Positions 31,861 through 42,567 of a stretch of DNA of 64,000 nt are shown one piece after another (position 1 is the first letter of the stretch; each line of letters begins with the position of its first letter). The stretch spans positions 73,033 through 137,032 of the forward strand of contig JANOQI010000036.1 in assembly GCA_031414775.1 (NCBI GenBank), given 5' to 3'. The notes beneath the pieces are model-generated. The model ran no database searches. It saw nothing but the letters and a program-made list of their open reading frames with translations, and was not told the origin of the DNA. Made by a program: the position numbers and the translations under genes. The stretch is from Synechococcales cyanobacterium VAR_4_metabat_354 (GTDB lineage: Bacteria > Cyanobacteriota > Cyanobacteriia > Cyanobacteriales > Chamaesiphonaceae).

Positions 31861-31888
31861 AAAAAAGGTGTATGTGAAGACATACACC
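31861..31888 (-). terminator. pnp intrinsic terminator
   Basis: 9-bp stem GGTGTATGT/ACATACACC with an A6 run on + (U tract on -). Confidence 0.75.
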
Positions 31889-31916
31889 TACTATTTTTTA
31901 TCAGTGCAGCTACGGT

Positions 31917-34067
31917 CTAATCATTACGACCTTCACGGGCAGCAGCGGCTTCATCAGGATGAATTCCCAAACGAGTTAAATTTACCCGGCCTTTATTGTC
32001 TAATTCTCGAATTTTGACAACGACTTCATCGCCAACGCCCACTTCATCCTCGACTTTGCCGACGCGATAGTCAGCCAATTGCGAAATATGGATCATGCCT
32101 TCTTTACCAGGCAGAATCTCGACGAAGGCTCCGATCGGAATAATCCGAGTGACCCGACCCACATAAACATCACCCTCATGCAGACGGCGAGTGAGAGCTT
32201 TCACCATGAGGATTGCCCGTTTCGCTTTTTCTTGATCGATCGCCGAGACGGTTACAGTGCCATCATCTTCAATATCAACTTTAGCACCGGTTTCCTCGGT
32301 AATGCCTTTGATCGTTTTACCACCAGGTCCAATCACCAAGCCAATAAATTCTGGCTCGATTTTGATCGTGAGCAGACGCGGCGCATAGGGAGACATCTCC
32401 GTGCGCGGCTCAGCAATAGCCTCCATCATTTTTTCAAGGATGTGCAATCTAGCGGGTCTGGCTTGTTGAATGGCATCAGCAATGGTCTCTAAAGGTAAAC
32501 CAGTGATTTTCATGTCCATTTGCAGAGCAGTAATACCAGCATCAGTACCAGCTACTTTAAAGTCCATGTCACCCAAGAAATCTTCAATTCCCTGAATATC
32601 AGTCAGAATACGGACTTGATCACCTTCTTTAATTAGTCCCATCGCCGCTCCACTGACCGGTTTCTTGATAGGTACACCCGCATCCATTAGCGACAAAGTG
32701 GAACCACAAACCGAACCCATCGAAGTGGAGCCATTGGAAGACAATACTTCAGAGACAATCCGCAAAACGTAGGGAAATTCTTCTTTAGAAGGCAGCACTG
32801 GTAACAAAGAACGCTCAGCCAAGGCGCCATGTCCAATCTCCCGCCGTCCGGGCGATCTCATTGGCTTAGTTTCACCAACTGAGTAAGGAGGCATGTTGTA
32901 ATGATGGATATAGCGCTTGCTACCTTCGGGATGCAGATCATCCGCTAAGTCTTGAGCATCACCGGGTGTACCCAGGGTACAAATCGACAACACCTGAGTC
33001 AAACCGCGATTGAATAAACCACAACCATGCACCCGCCGAGGTAATAGTCCTACTTGGCAAGATATTGGTCGAATTTGATCGAGCTTTCGACCATCAACCC
33101 GCAAACCTTGCTCGATGATTTGCTGACGCATCAGCTTTTTAGTTACAGACTTGAAAAGGCTATCGACGACGCGGCTATTAGCGGCGGCGGCCAAGACAAC
33201 CTGGTCGTTTTCTGGCAAAGCGGCAATCGAACTAACCAATTCAGCTTTCACTTCATCTAAAGCTTTATCCCGTAATTTTTTGTCGGGTTCGCATTTAGCC
33301 AAGATTAGTTGGACAGGCTGAGTCGCTTGCTTGGCAATAAAGTTCTCTAAAGTAGAATCGACAACTGGTTGTTCCGCAGTCACAATCTCAATACCCAGTT
33401 CAGCAATCAACTCGCGTTGCGCTTGAATCAAATCCCGGACGGCTTCATAACCGAAGTCGATCGCTTCAATGATGTCTTGTTCTGGCAGTTGATTAGCTCC
33501 AGCTTCCACCATGATCACCCCGTCCGGTGAGCCAGCTACAACCAAGTCCAAATCACCTACTTCGACTTCACGATAGGTAGGATTAATAATAAAGTCGTCG
33601 CCCACCAAACCAACTCGCACGGCAGCCATCGGACCCATGAAAGGAATTTGGGCGATCAAAGTTGCGATCGAAGCCCCAGTCACTGCCAACACATCGGGAG
33701 GCACCAACTCATCCAAAGACAACGTAGTGGCCACAATTTGGATATCATCACGCAACCAATGAGGGAAAAGTGGTCGCATTGGTCTGTCGATCAGCCGACA
33801 AGTGAGCGTCACTTTTTCGGGGGGTTTACCTTCCCGCCGCCAGAAACCACCAGGAATGCGTCCAGCCGCATAAAGTCTTTCTTCGTAGTCCACCAACAAA
33901 GGGAGAAAGTCAATCCCATCTCGGCCTTTAGAACGGGTAGCGGTTACTAGTACACTAGTCTCGCCAGATTCAATTAGTACACTGCCGCCAGCCTGAGGAG
34001 CCAATAAGCCGACCTTAAGTCTGATATCCCGACCATCAAAGGATATTGACTTATTAATTTCTGCCAT
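31917..34067 (-). CDS. pnp: Polyribonucleotide nucleotidyltransferase
   Basis: [45 protein letters not shown] and S1 domains. Confidence 0.97.
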   Translation of the reverse strand: MAEINKSISFDGRDIRLKVGLLAPQAGGSVLIESGETSVLVTATRSKGRDGIDFLPLLVDYEERLYAAGRIPGGFWRREGKPPEKVTLTCRLIDRPMRPLFPHWLRDDIQIVATTLSLDELVPPDVLAVTGASIATLIAQIPFMGPMAAVRVGLVGDDFIINPTYREVEVGDLDLVVAGSPDGVIMVEAGANQLPEQDIIEAIDFGYEAVRDLIQAQRELIAELGIEIVTAEQPVVDSTLENFIAKQATQPVQLILAKCEPDKKLRDKALDEVKAELVSSIAALPENDQVVLAAAANSRVVDSLFKSVTKKLMRQQIIEQGLRVDGRKLDQIRPISCQVGLLPRRVHGCGLFNRGLTQVLSICTLGTPGDAQDLADDLHPEGSKRYIHHYNMPPYSVGETKPMRSPGRREIGHGALAERSLLPVLPSKEEFPYVLRIVSEVLSSNGSTSMGSVCGSTLSLMDAGVPIKKPVSGAAMGLIKEGDQVRILTDIQGIEDFLGDMDFKVAGTDAGITALQMDMKITGLPLETIADAIQQARPARLHILEKMMEAIAEPRTEMSPYAPRLLTIKIEPEFIGLVIGPGGKTIKGITEETGAKVDIEDDGTVTVSAIDQEKAKRAILMVKALTRRLHEGDVYVGRVTRIIPIGAFVEILPGKEGMIHISQLADYRVGKVEDEVGVGDEVVVKIRELDNKGRVNLTRLGIHPDEAAAAREGRND

Positions 34068-34178
34068 TTATATTTATTTCCTTCGCACTTTTCTCTTTAT
34101 TCTCAAGTCATCCTAGCACTTATAGAGAAAAGTTTCCGCAGCGGCTCACAGCCGAGGTTTTACCCTGATCTCTAGTAT

Positions 34179-35060
34179 CTAATGTTGTGGCCAATTGACT
34201 TCCAATTCCTTTTTGCGTAGCTGCTTTTGGAGAATTGCCAGCTGTTGTTCAGCATTCACCGCTCTTTGCTCAGCAAGAATAGTAGCTTTTTGTTGTTTGT
34301 AAAGTTTTCGCTCTAGTTCTTTTAATTGAGCATGAGCAGCTGGCGGTGCGGGGACGGTGATAGAATTGCCAGCAGTTGGCATGACTGGCATTTTCGGCAG
34401 CTCTTGTTTGCTCAATTCTTTCTGAACTTCGGGTGATTGACTCCAAGCATCATTATCGGCAACAACTACCACAGCATCTTCCACCGGAATCTGAGAGAGC
34501 CACAATAATTGCTCGTTGCTGTTAATCCGAATCTGACCCACGAGGGTTTTGATCACAAAAGTACCAGCATCAACCACAATATTTTGAACTGGGTACCATT
34601 TATCTTTGATCTGCACCAACATATTCATATTGAAACGTCGTTTGCTGTGAAATCTTTCGGTTGGCCACCATTTTTTCCATAACGAAGCAGGCTCTGTATA
34701 CCAAGCTTTATATCCTTCTGGAGTAGCATATTGATGATATTCGACGTAGCCATCTCTTTTAGATTTCCCCATCAACACAAAGTTGAGCGCAGTTAAATGG
34801 TTTTCTAGTTGTTTAGTATAAATAGAACCAGCTCTGACCACAGCAGTGCGCGGCTTGCCTTGCAGATACATAATGGCCGCAACCTCACCAGATTTGGTGA
34901 TAATTTGCGAAATAATGCCAGTAGTTTCCATCCGTGCTCGATCGCTCGTCAAAAGTTGATTACTACCTTGCACAAATTCGGCAATTAGCTTGATATCATC
35001 ACAGTCGAAGGTACTAGACATCATATGTGTTAGGGAAAGAAAACAACTTGCCTCAAACAT
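34179..35060 (-). CDS. Hypothetical protein with C-terminal coiled coil, paralog of 30431..31525
   Basis: 293 aa ORF (start may be the MM at ~35024); YHQYATPEGY, KDKWYPVQ. Confidence 0.75.
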   Translation of the reverse strand: MFEASCFLSLTHMMSSTFDCDDIKLIAEFVQGSNQLLTSDRARMETTGIISQIITKSGEVAAIMYLQGKPRTAVVRAGSIYTKQLENHLTALNFVLMGKSKRDGYVEYHQYATPEGYKAWYTEPASLWKKWWPTERFHSKRRFNMNMLVQIKDKWYPVQNIVVDAGTFVIKTLVGQIRINSNEQLLWLSQIPVEDAVVVVADNDAWSQSPEVQKELSKQELPKMPVMPTAGNSITVPAPPAAHAQLKELERKLYKQQKATILAEQRAVNAEQQLAILQKQLRKKELEVNWPQH

Positions 35061-35182
35061 AATCGGAGCCAGTCCAATTCCCCATTAGACAAATGTCTCA
35101 ATCATGATCGAAAGATTTATAATCTAATATTCCCTTCTTCATCGCCCAGATTCTTACAGATTATTTATTCTGGCCAAAATCA

Positions 35183-35815
35183 ATGCTAAAAGTTGCAGTT
35201 GTAGACTACGACATGGGTAACTTACACTCTGTGTGTAAAGGTTTACAGCAGGTTGGTGCCGAGCCACATATTACCGACTCGATCATCGAATTACAGGCGG
35301 CAGATGCCGTGGTATTGCCAGGCGTAGGTTCTTTTGACCCCGCCATGCAACACTTACAGGCTCGACAGTTGGTAGAGCCGCTAAGAAAAATCGCGGTAAG
35401 TGGCCAACCTTTTTTAGGAGTATGCCTGGGATTACAACTCTTATTTGAGGGCAGTGCTGAAGGCCAAGAAGCTGGATTGGGCATTGTGCCTGGCCAAGTC
35501 AAAAGGTTTAAATCCGAACCAGAACTAACCATTCCCCACATGGGCTGGAACCAACTGGAACTTACCCAACCAGATTGCCCTCTCTGGCGAAACCTCGCTC
35601 CGCAAGATTGGGTGTATTTTGTCCATTCTTTTTATGTCCAGCCGGACAATCCCCAAGTCACCGCCGCCACAGTAACCCACGGTCAACAGCAAGTCACTGC
35701 TGCGATCGCCTTTGATCAGCTCATGGCCGTGCAGTTTCATCCCGAAAAATCTTCGACAGTGGGCCTAGCTATTTTGGCTAATTTCTTAACCACGGTGGCA
35801 GTGAGTGCCGCGTGA
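35183..35815 (+). CDS. hisH: Imidazole glycerol phosphate synthase subunit HisH
   Basis: DYDMGNLHSV, LPGVG, GVCLGLQ, PHMGWN, QFHPEKS. Confidence 0.97.
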   Translation: MLKVAVVDYDMGNLHSVCKGLQQVGAEPHITDSIIELQAADAVVLPGVGSFDPAMQHLQARQLVEPLRKIAVSGQPFLGVCLGLQLLFEGSAEGQEAGLGIVPGQVKRFKSEPELTIPHMGWNQLELTQPDCPLWRNLAPQDWVYFVHSFYVQPDNPQVTAATVTHGQQQVTAAIAFDQLMAVQFHPEKSSTVGLAILANFLTTVAVSAA

Positions 35816-36414
35816 GTATCAGAATCTATGGAAACAGAGAAATCAAAACCCAGCCCGGACTAGATTGCCGACCAACATCGGCACGAGTGCGGCAAGCGCT
35901 TTTTAATGTTTGGCAAGGGCAAATTCAGGGTTGTCGGTGGCTGGATCTGTGTACCGGTAGCGGAGCGATGGCCGCCGAAGCTCTCTGCCGAGGCGCAGCA
36001 GTTGTCCTGGGAATCGAAGAATCGCCGCTGGCTAGCAAAATAATTAGAAATAATTGCCAGAGACTAGTGACTGGAGATGGTCATTTCCGGCTGATTAATG
36101 GTCGGGTGCAAAAATTCTTACCAACTTTGGCTGGTCAACAGTTCGATCGGATCTATTGTGATCCGCCCTATAAAAGCAATCTGTATCAAAGAATATTGAG
36201 TGCGATCGAAGAGCATCAACTATTAGCACCAGGTGGCGAAATCGCTTTAGAACACGGTAGCGATCGAGATTTGAGCCAAGAATTAACAACCCTATCATTA
36301 GAGGTCTGTCGGCATAAAGTTTATGGCAGTACTGCACTGACATTTTATACTCACCAACAACAACCCCCATCGACAATCGACAGGGATAGCAGGACAGATC
36401 AGAATCTCGGTTGA
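35812..36414 (+). CDS. rsmD: 16S rRNA (guanine966-N2)-methyltransferase
   Basis: RPT..RVRQALFN, LDLCTGSG, DPPY. Confidence 0.9.
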   Translation: MSIRIYGNREIKTQPGLDCRPTSARVRQALFNVWQGQIQGCRWLDLCTGSGAMAAEALCRGAAVVLGIEESPLASKIIRNNCQRLVTGDGHFRLINGRVQKFLPTLAGQQFDRIYCDPPYKSNLYQRILSAIEEHQLLAPGGEIALEHGSDRDLSQELTTLSLEVCRHKVYGSTALTFYTHQQQPPSTIDRDSRTDQNLG

Positions 36415-36428
36415 AAAATCAGATAAAT

Positions 36429-36542
36429 TTAACCACCAAGTTGGTCGCCACGCTTGTACTGCAAGTAAGCAGCCACAAATAGCCCAAAGAGAGTAATCAA
36501 AACAAGACCTAGCACAATACCAGATAAAAGAGGTTCTACCAC
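36429..36542 (-). CDS. petG: Cytochrome b6f subunit V (below the ORF-track size cut-off)
   Basis: Manual translation [37 protein letters not shown]. Confidence 0.95.
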   Translation of the reverse strand: MVEPLLSGIVLGLVLITLFGLFVAAYLQYKRGDQLGG

Positions 36543-36774
36543 TTTAAAAATCTCCGCCAATAAAAATTTATAGATATTTGTCTACAGCCTATCGCCTTCA
36601 GGGAGTAGGGGCAAGAGCAAAAAAAGAAGATATTGTAAAGAAGTGTATAGAACAGAGGTATTTTTGTATACACTCAAACTTATATATTGCAGGCCACACA
36701 ACAAAAACAACAGTAGTGTGTAAAGTTTTTATTCAACAGAAGTATAATTTAGTAAAGATTTAAAAAGGCACCCA

Positions 36775-37152
36775 TTGGAAAATCGACTCACTAACTCTAA
36801 GCAATCACAACTCCGCTGGATCGGAACAAAGATCGTAGCGGTCTTGTTGCTTGTGTGTGTGGGGATGGTATCTTGGAATATATTTGGTGGTAGTACTCCT
36901 TACATCAAAAATGTTCTAGAACTAAAGGGTGATCAAGTTTTAGGTCATGCCATTTTTCAAATGAATTGTAGTGGCTGCCATGGGCTAACCGGACAAGGAA
37001 GAGTAGGCCCGAACCTGCACGAAGTGTCTAAAAGAAAGTCGTCTAAGGGTTTAATTGAGCAAGTCATTAGTGGCCAGACACCCCCCATGCCGCAATTTCA
37101 GCCAAATCCTCAAGAAATGGCCGATTTACTGAGTTATCTCCAAACGCTCTAA
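36775..37152 (+). CDS. cytM: Cytochrome cM
   Basis: TM helix, CSGCH heme motif, TPPMPQFQPNPQEMADLLSYL; divergent from petG. Confidence 0.88.
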   Translation: MENRLTNSKQSQLRWIGTKIVAVLLLVCVGMVSWNIFGGSTPYIKNVLELKGDQVLGHAIFQMNCSGCHGLTGQGRVGPNLHEVSKRKSSKGLIEQVISGQTPPMPQFQPNPQEMADLLSYLQTL

Positions 37153-37216
37153 CAAAGCCAAATCTTCATAAATATTCTAAAACTATAGAAACTCATTTCA
37201 GCAAAGGCCAAAAATC

Positions 37217-38404
37217 ATGACATCTATATGTATTCTGGGCGGCGGCTTTGCTGGTCTTTACACAGCCTTGCGTCTTCAGCAAATGTCTTGGGACAATCAT
37301 GAGCATGAAATTGTTTTGGTTGATAAATCTGACCGATTTGTTTTCACACCATTGCTGTATGAACTTTTAACCCAAGAAATGGCTACTTGGGAAGTAGCAC
37401 CAACTTTTCAAGATTTATTCAAAGGTACCAACATCAAGTTTCGTCAGGCAGTAGTGCAATCGATCAATCTAGATCAACAAGAAGTGCATTTTTCTAACGA
37501 TCAGACATTGGCGTACGATCACATAGTGCTGGCACTGGGTGGCGAAACGCCCCTCACCGGCGTAACCGGAGTCGAGCAGTACGGCATTCCTTTTCGGAAT
37601 CTTACTGATGTATCGCGGTTAGAAAATCGCCTGCGAGCATTAGAAGATAGCCAGCAAGACAAAATTCGAGTAGCGATCGTGGGAGCTGGCTACAGTGGTG
37701 TAGAGTTGGCTTGCAAGTTAGCCGATAGATTGGGTGAGCGTGGTCGTCTGCGGATCATCGAAAGAGGAGAGAAAATCCTCCAGGCAGCACCAGAGTTCAA
37801 TCGAGAAGCGGCCCAGAAAGCGTTGAGTAAGCGAGAAATCTGGATAGATTTAGAAACCAGCATCACAGAAGTGACAGCCAGTACCATCTCGATCGAATTT
37901 CGGGAGCAGGTAGATCAAATTCCCGTAGATATCGTGCTCTGGACAGTAGGAAACAAGGTCAGTCCGGCAGTGGCAGAATTAGATTTACGACGCAATCTGC
38001 AGGGGCAGATCAAGACCTTACCCACATTGCAGACAGTCGATCGATCAACAGTTTATGCCCTCGGAGACTTAGCCGAGATATTTGACCAAGATGGTAAAAC
38101 TGTGACAGCAACAGCGCAGTCGGCGATGCAACAAGCCGATTTTGCCGCTTGGAATATTTGGGCAACCAGCACTGGCCGATCTTTATTACCATTCCGGTAT
38201 ACAAATTTGGGAGAAATGATGGCATTGGGCAAAGACAATGCCACACTGACAGGTTTAGGATTAAAGTTAGACGGAACAGCAGCCTATTTAGCGCGTAGGT
38301 TAGTATATTTATATCGGCTTCCAACTATAGAACATCAGATCCAAGTTGGATTGAACTGGATTAATCGGCCAGTTGCCGAATTCTTAAAGTCAATTGCCAA
38401 TTAA
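37217..38404 (+). CDS. ndbB: Type II NAD(P)H dehydrogenase, NdbB/NDC1-like
   Basis: ICILGGGFAGLYTALRL, PLLYELL, VGAGYSGVELA, ATAQ, LGEMMALG. Confidence 0.8.
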   Translation: MTSICILGGGFAGLYTALRLQQMSWDNHEHEIVLVDKSDRFVFTPLLYELLTQEMATWEVAPTFQDLFKGTNIKFRQAVVQSINLDQQEVHFSNDQTLAYDHIVLALGGETPLTGVTGVEQYGIPFRNLTDVSRLENRLRALEDSQQDKIRVAIVGAGYSGVELACKLADRLGERGRLRIIERGEKILQAAPEFNREAAQKALSKREIWIDLETSITEVTASTISIEFREQVDQIPVDIVLWTVGNKVSPAVAELDLRRNLQGQIKTLPTLQTVDRSTVYALGDLAEIFDQDGKTVTATAQSAMQQADFAAWNIWATSTGRSLLPFRYTNLGEMMALGKDNATLTGLGLKLDGTAAYLARRLVYLYRLPTIEHQIQVGLNWINRPVAEFLKSIAN

Positions 38405-38412
38405 TTAGTTAA

Positions 38413-39132
38413 CTAATTAATTGGTTTTATAAAAAACATTAGATGTTGCTGCGGCAAAATAGTCAAAGTTTTGTCCCATTGCAGACCAACAGCAGCCATT
38501 TCTTTTTTGATTTGCTTTTCGGTAGTCTTATGATGGGGCTTAATAAAAACAAACGGGTCTTCACCCCGATATTCAGCTAAAACAATACGACCATTAGGCT
38601 GCAAGGCCGTGACCAAATCCTCCATCATTTCCCGAGGATGATTAAATTCGTGGTATACATCAACCATTACAGCCAAATTAATACTGGCAGCAGTTAACCC
38701 GGATTTTTGCTCTTCACCCAATACCGCTTTGATGTTAGTAGTTTTGCTGAACCTTTTGTTCAGAATAGTAATCATTTCCGGTTGAATATCTACCGCTATT
38801 ACTTTTCCCAGAGGAACCTGGACAGAGAGTAATTTGGAAATATAACCAGTGCCAGCGCCAATATCACCCACAATATCGTTAGGCTGAAGATTCAGTGCAT
38901 CAACTAATTTCTGGGGCTGTTCTTCAGTTTGACGATCAGATCGATCGAGCCAGTCAGCACCTTGATGTCCCATTACCTGGGAAATTTCTCGTCCCATATA
39001 AACTTTGCCAATGCCATCAAAACTAGGTGGTCGGTAGCTATAGAACTTAGAATCAATGAGCGCTGAGCTGGGAGCAAGAAATAGCAACCAGAGACAAGAT
39101 AAGGCCATCAACAATTTTGAGAATAATTGCAT
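38413..39132 (-). CDS. Class I SAM-dependent methyltransferase
   Basis: YMGREISQVMGHQGA.WL, DIGAGTG, AVDIQ, VDVYHEF. Confidence 0.85.
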   Translation of the reverse strand: MQLFSKLLMALSCLWLLFLAPSSALIDSKFYSYRPPSFDGIGKVYMGREISQVMGHQGADWLDRSDRQTEEQPQKLVDALNLQPNDIVGDIGAGTGYISKLLSVQVPLGKVIAVDIQPEMITILNKRFSKTTNIKAVLGEEQKSGLTAASINLAVMVDVYHEFNHPREMMEDLVTALQPNGRIVLAEYRGEDPFVFIKPHHKTTEKQIKKEMAAVGLQWDKTLTILPQQHLMFFIKPIN

Positions 39133-39172
39133 TATTTATTTCAGATAAAAGATTCAGAGAGCATACAAACAT

Positions 39173-39204
39173 AAAAAAGGAGAACCAATTGGTTCTCCTT
39201 TTTT
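39173..39204. terminator. Bidirectional terminator (perfect 32-bp palindrome)
   Basis: AAAAAAGGAGAACC-AATT-GGTTCTCCTTTTTT. Confidence 0.8.
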
Positions 39205-39223
39205 CATAATCATAAACCCAAAA

Positions 39224-39856
39224 TTATTGCTTCGTCGCCATCACTGCATAGAAAGGGTCGGTAAGACTCAGCCAAGGCAATACCCCACCACCACGATGGG
39301 CAACAGGTTGAGGCTCACTAAAACCCGCCACACTCTGAAAATAACGGCATACCAGTTCAAGATGCTGCTCATCACTACCATCTCGCCAAGCATTGATGGC
39401 TTTATTGGGAAACATCCGATTGGAGAAGCTGATAATAGCTATGCCACCAGGCTGAAGAATGCGGAAAATTTCGGCAAAAATGGCCTCTGGGTACTGAAGA
39501 TACTGCACGGATACCGTATTTAACACCGCCGCAAACTCCGCGTCAGCACAGGGCAACTGAAGATCTTTATTTAGGTTTTGAACAAAGTATCGATCGAGCC
39601 TAGCGTTACGACTCAATTCCGCTTCGTTTAAACCATGACCACAGATTTCTGCAAACTCCATTTCGGATGGTAAATGGGAAACCCAGCTACTCATTAAGTC
39701 CAAAATTTTAGTTTGGGGCTGGAGCTGTTGGCGATAGAGATTAGTGAGACGCTGAATAAAGGCCGCATCTACATGGGTAACAAATCGCGGATCGCTATAA
39801 AAATCAGCATCATCGGTTCGATCGATCTTTTCGCGTTGGTCAGAAGTTAGGAGCAT
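39224..39856 (-). CDS. Class I SAM-dependent methyltransferase (type 11)
   Basis: FYSDPRFVTHVD, ILDLMSSWVSHLP, VSVQYL, FSNRMFP.KA. Confidence 0.85.
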   Translation of the reverse strand: MLLTSDQREKIDRTDDADFYSDPRFVTHVDAAFIQRLTNLYRQQLQPQTKILDLMSSWVSHLPSEMEFAEICGHGLNEAELSRNARLDRYFVQNLNKDLQLPCADAEFAAVLNTVSVQYLQYPEAIFAEIFRILQPGGIAIISFSNRMFPNKAINAWRDGSDEQHLELVCRYFQSVAGFSEPQPVAHRGGGVLPWLSLTDPFYAVMATKQ

Positions 39857-39876
39857 GTTGAAATATCAAATATTTT

Positions 39877-40263
39877 TTAGAACTTCACACCGATCTGGCC
39901 ATTAAGACCCCGAATGGAGTGATAACCAACACCATAGAAAATATTGCCAGGCGGAGCAACCTGAACACCACCAGAATAAGCAATAGTATCTTTGCCCGAA
40001 TACCAGCCCAAACCAACATAGGGAGAAACTACTGGTAGGCTGATGAATTTAAGAATATCAACACCGGTTGCACCTTGTGGACCGGTACCAAATTCGGCAC
40101 CTAAATCGAAAAGACGAATCCCTGCGCTATATGTAATCGTGGAATCTTTACTACCAAGGGTTCCCCAGGCTTGAGGAACTAACTGTGCTTTAGCTGGGTT
40201 AGCCCAAGATAGCCCTAAAACAGATATGGAGAGTACAGCAATTAACCGAGAACACCATTTCAT
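39877..40263 (-). CDS. Small secreted beta-barrel-like protein
   Basis: Signal peptide ending PAKA; SPYVGLG; C-terminal GQIGVKF. Confidence 0.7.
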   Translation of the reverse strand: MKWCSRLIAVLSISVLGLSWANPAKAQLVPQAWGTLGSKDSTITYSAGIRLFDLGAEFGTGPQGATGVDILKFISLPVVSPYVGLGWYSGKDTIAYSGGVQVAPPGNIFYGVGYHSIRGLNGQIGVKF

Positions 40264-41320
40264 AACAAATACTCCTGAATGACTAGATCTAAATTCTTAT
40301 GAATAGACGTTGGAAAACATCAGCTTGAGCCTGAAGAGTGGAAATTAAAGAGCTGGAAAAAAATAACCTTCTCTAAAAGTGTTGTTGATATTTTAGAGAA
40401 ATTTGGAGAATGTTACAGCTGTTCTTAATTTTGATCAATTGATTAATTCAGAAAATGGAAAAAAATGATGCCTGGCTTAGATTGACAGGTAATGGAAAAT
40501 AGCATCGATTTAAACATTGGCGAAAAATCAAATAATATTTTATGGGCTTTTGATTTTTCAACTTTGACTAAAGCATGTTTTCTTTTTTTTTGATTTTTAC
40601 AAATATGAAAAAATTGATATATATCAAAAAAACAATAAATAGAAAATTTCTACTTTAAGTTTTGCTCTAGATCTATAAATATTTGAATCTAAGCTTTTGA
40701 TTAAATTGATAGATAATCCATATTTCTCCATTTTCTCAAAATAATTTATTCAATTGATCGTAAAAAGCGACTAGGTGTATAGATACAGTGAGATATTCTC
40801 CAACTTTTCCCTAGCTTTATTTTTCTCCAAGATTCTGAAGAAGTATGATTTCTATTTTTCCCTGATCTGAATACTCTCTAAATTAACAACCAGTAAATTC
40901 TTTTTCCAAATATCTCAAATAAAATTCGTAAGATTTTTATAAATATTGTTAAAGAATGTTTCTCCAATAGTATTTTTGTATTTTGATTATTCGATCTTAT
41001 CCAAACACTCCAAAAGACAATATTGTATTTAATGCTGATCGATAACTGAAGTTTTATTCATCTTGAACTTTCTCCAAATTTCTATTGACTTAATAAATTT
41101 AGCTGGTAGTTAAGGCCATAATCCATAAGTATTTTTAAATTTCCTGTAAAAGCTTCTGCCGACATAAAACAGCTGAAAGTATTTCCCGAGAATCAGTTTG
41201 ATCGATAACCACTAGGACTTAAATTTAGAGAATTTTTTCACCAAACTGATTTTTTAAATTTGGAAGACGGATTAAGCCGCCGTCTGAAATTACTCGGTTT
41301 CTAAAGATTGCAATTTAGTA

Positions 41321-41756
41321 GTGAGTTACCCCAACCCGCTGCGCTGAGGTTGGAGCTTCCAACACAGCTAACAGTGATGGTTTTATTCGTCTTGGCTTGT
41401 GCCACGCTTACGCGAACAAAATTTGCCACTTCATCCGCCACTGCTACCAAATGAGCAAGCTCACTTATTGGTCTTTCATAACGTCCATAGCCAGGAGTCC
41501 GCCTTCCGCAAACCCAAATATATTCAGTCGGAAATCCACATGGCTTTTGATTAGTCTAGCGGCAGATTTCATTTAGTGGATAGTGCGCTAGTACTTACGC
41601 TTGCTCAATGCAACAGCCTTTCAGACGCTCCACAAGGTCATCAGCCTCCGAAATAATTATACCAATTGCAAGCATGACTGTATTGAGCCAAATCCATGAT
41701 TGTTCATCTCGTCACCCGCTTCGCTGAGAGTAGGGACTTCCACTGATTCCGTTAAA
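41321..41756 (-). mobile_element. Non-autonomous IS200/IS605-family derivative
   Basis: On - strand starts TTTAAC..GAAGTCCCTACTCTCAGCGAAGCGGG and ends GAAGCTCCAACCTCAGCGCAGCGGGTTGGGGTAACTCAC (related subterminal hairpins, TCAC end); no intact ORF. Confidence 0.65.
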
Positions 41757-41995
41757 TATTACTGGCTATTTCCGAATAAAGAAATATCTGGCGCTTTAGT
41801 CTCTCTTCGATCAATAAGCTAACTAAGTAGGTAATAATTTTATTTTTAGTTATGAAGCCATTAAATAAATATACTAAAACCCTATGTAGCATTAGCTTTC
41901 AAGTCTTTTATAAGATCAAAAATCTCTAAACATGTATTGTTGAAATATGTCTAAAGTGCTAAATACTAAAAAAATATTACTTTTATTTCTTTTGC

Positions 41996-42098
41996 TACAG
42001 TTAGGCACTTTTACAATTTTGTCTCCGATCATTTCCTAAATGCTGAATAGTTGATTACTTATTACAGTTATAATATCTAGTTACAGTTAGGCACTTTT
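41996..42098 (+). promoter_or_regulatory. 17-bp direct repeats upstream of HTH gene
   Basis: TACAGTTAGGCACTTTT at 41996 and 42082; partial TACAGTTA at 42063. Confidence 0.55.
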
Positions 42099-42113
42099 GA
42101 AAACTTTATTTAT

Positions 42114-42566
42114 ATGAAGCAGTTACAAACATCATCAACGCCAGTGTTTTTATCAGATATCAATATTCAATCGCTAAATGCCTTAAAGTCTCTACTATCG
42201 AATAACCCTTTACGTTTAGTCGATCGAGACAGTAATGCTGTAGATGTATCTCCGGTAATGGTCAATGCTTTACAGCAATTGGTGGGAATAATGCTCTCCG
42301 GTAGAGCGGCGGCTATTCTGCCCGAAAAGCAATACTTGAGTTGTCAGGCAGCAGCTGAACTACTTGGAATCTCTCGTCCCTACCTTTATCGACTGTTAGA
42401 TGAGGGAGTTATTTCTTTTTTCAAGGTGGGGAGCCATCGTCGTCTGAAATTTGAAGATGTGATTGATTACAAAATTAATAGAAGCAATGATCGACATCAG
42501 GCATTATTAGAACTGGCTGAACTAAGTAAAAAAATAGGTCTCCTGTCGCTGGATAATTCCAAGTAG
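42114..42566 (+). CDS. Excisionase-like (HTH_17) DNA-binding protein
   Basis: LSCQAAAELLGISRPYLYRLLDEG.I.F.KVGSHRR. Confidence 0.85.
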   Translation: MKQLQTSSTPVFLSDINIQSLNALKSLLSNNPLRLVDRDSNAVDVSPVMVNALQQLVGIMLSGRAAAILPEKQYLSCQAAAELLGISRPYLYRLLDEGVISFFKVGSHRRLKFEDVIDYKINRSNDRHQALLELAELSKKIGLLSLDNSK

Positions 42567-42567
42567 A

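Noticed and set aside
36578..36763. 61-aa ORF
   Set aside because: TTG start, no motifs, and lies in the petG/cytM divergent promoter region.
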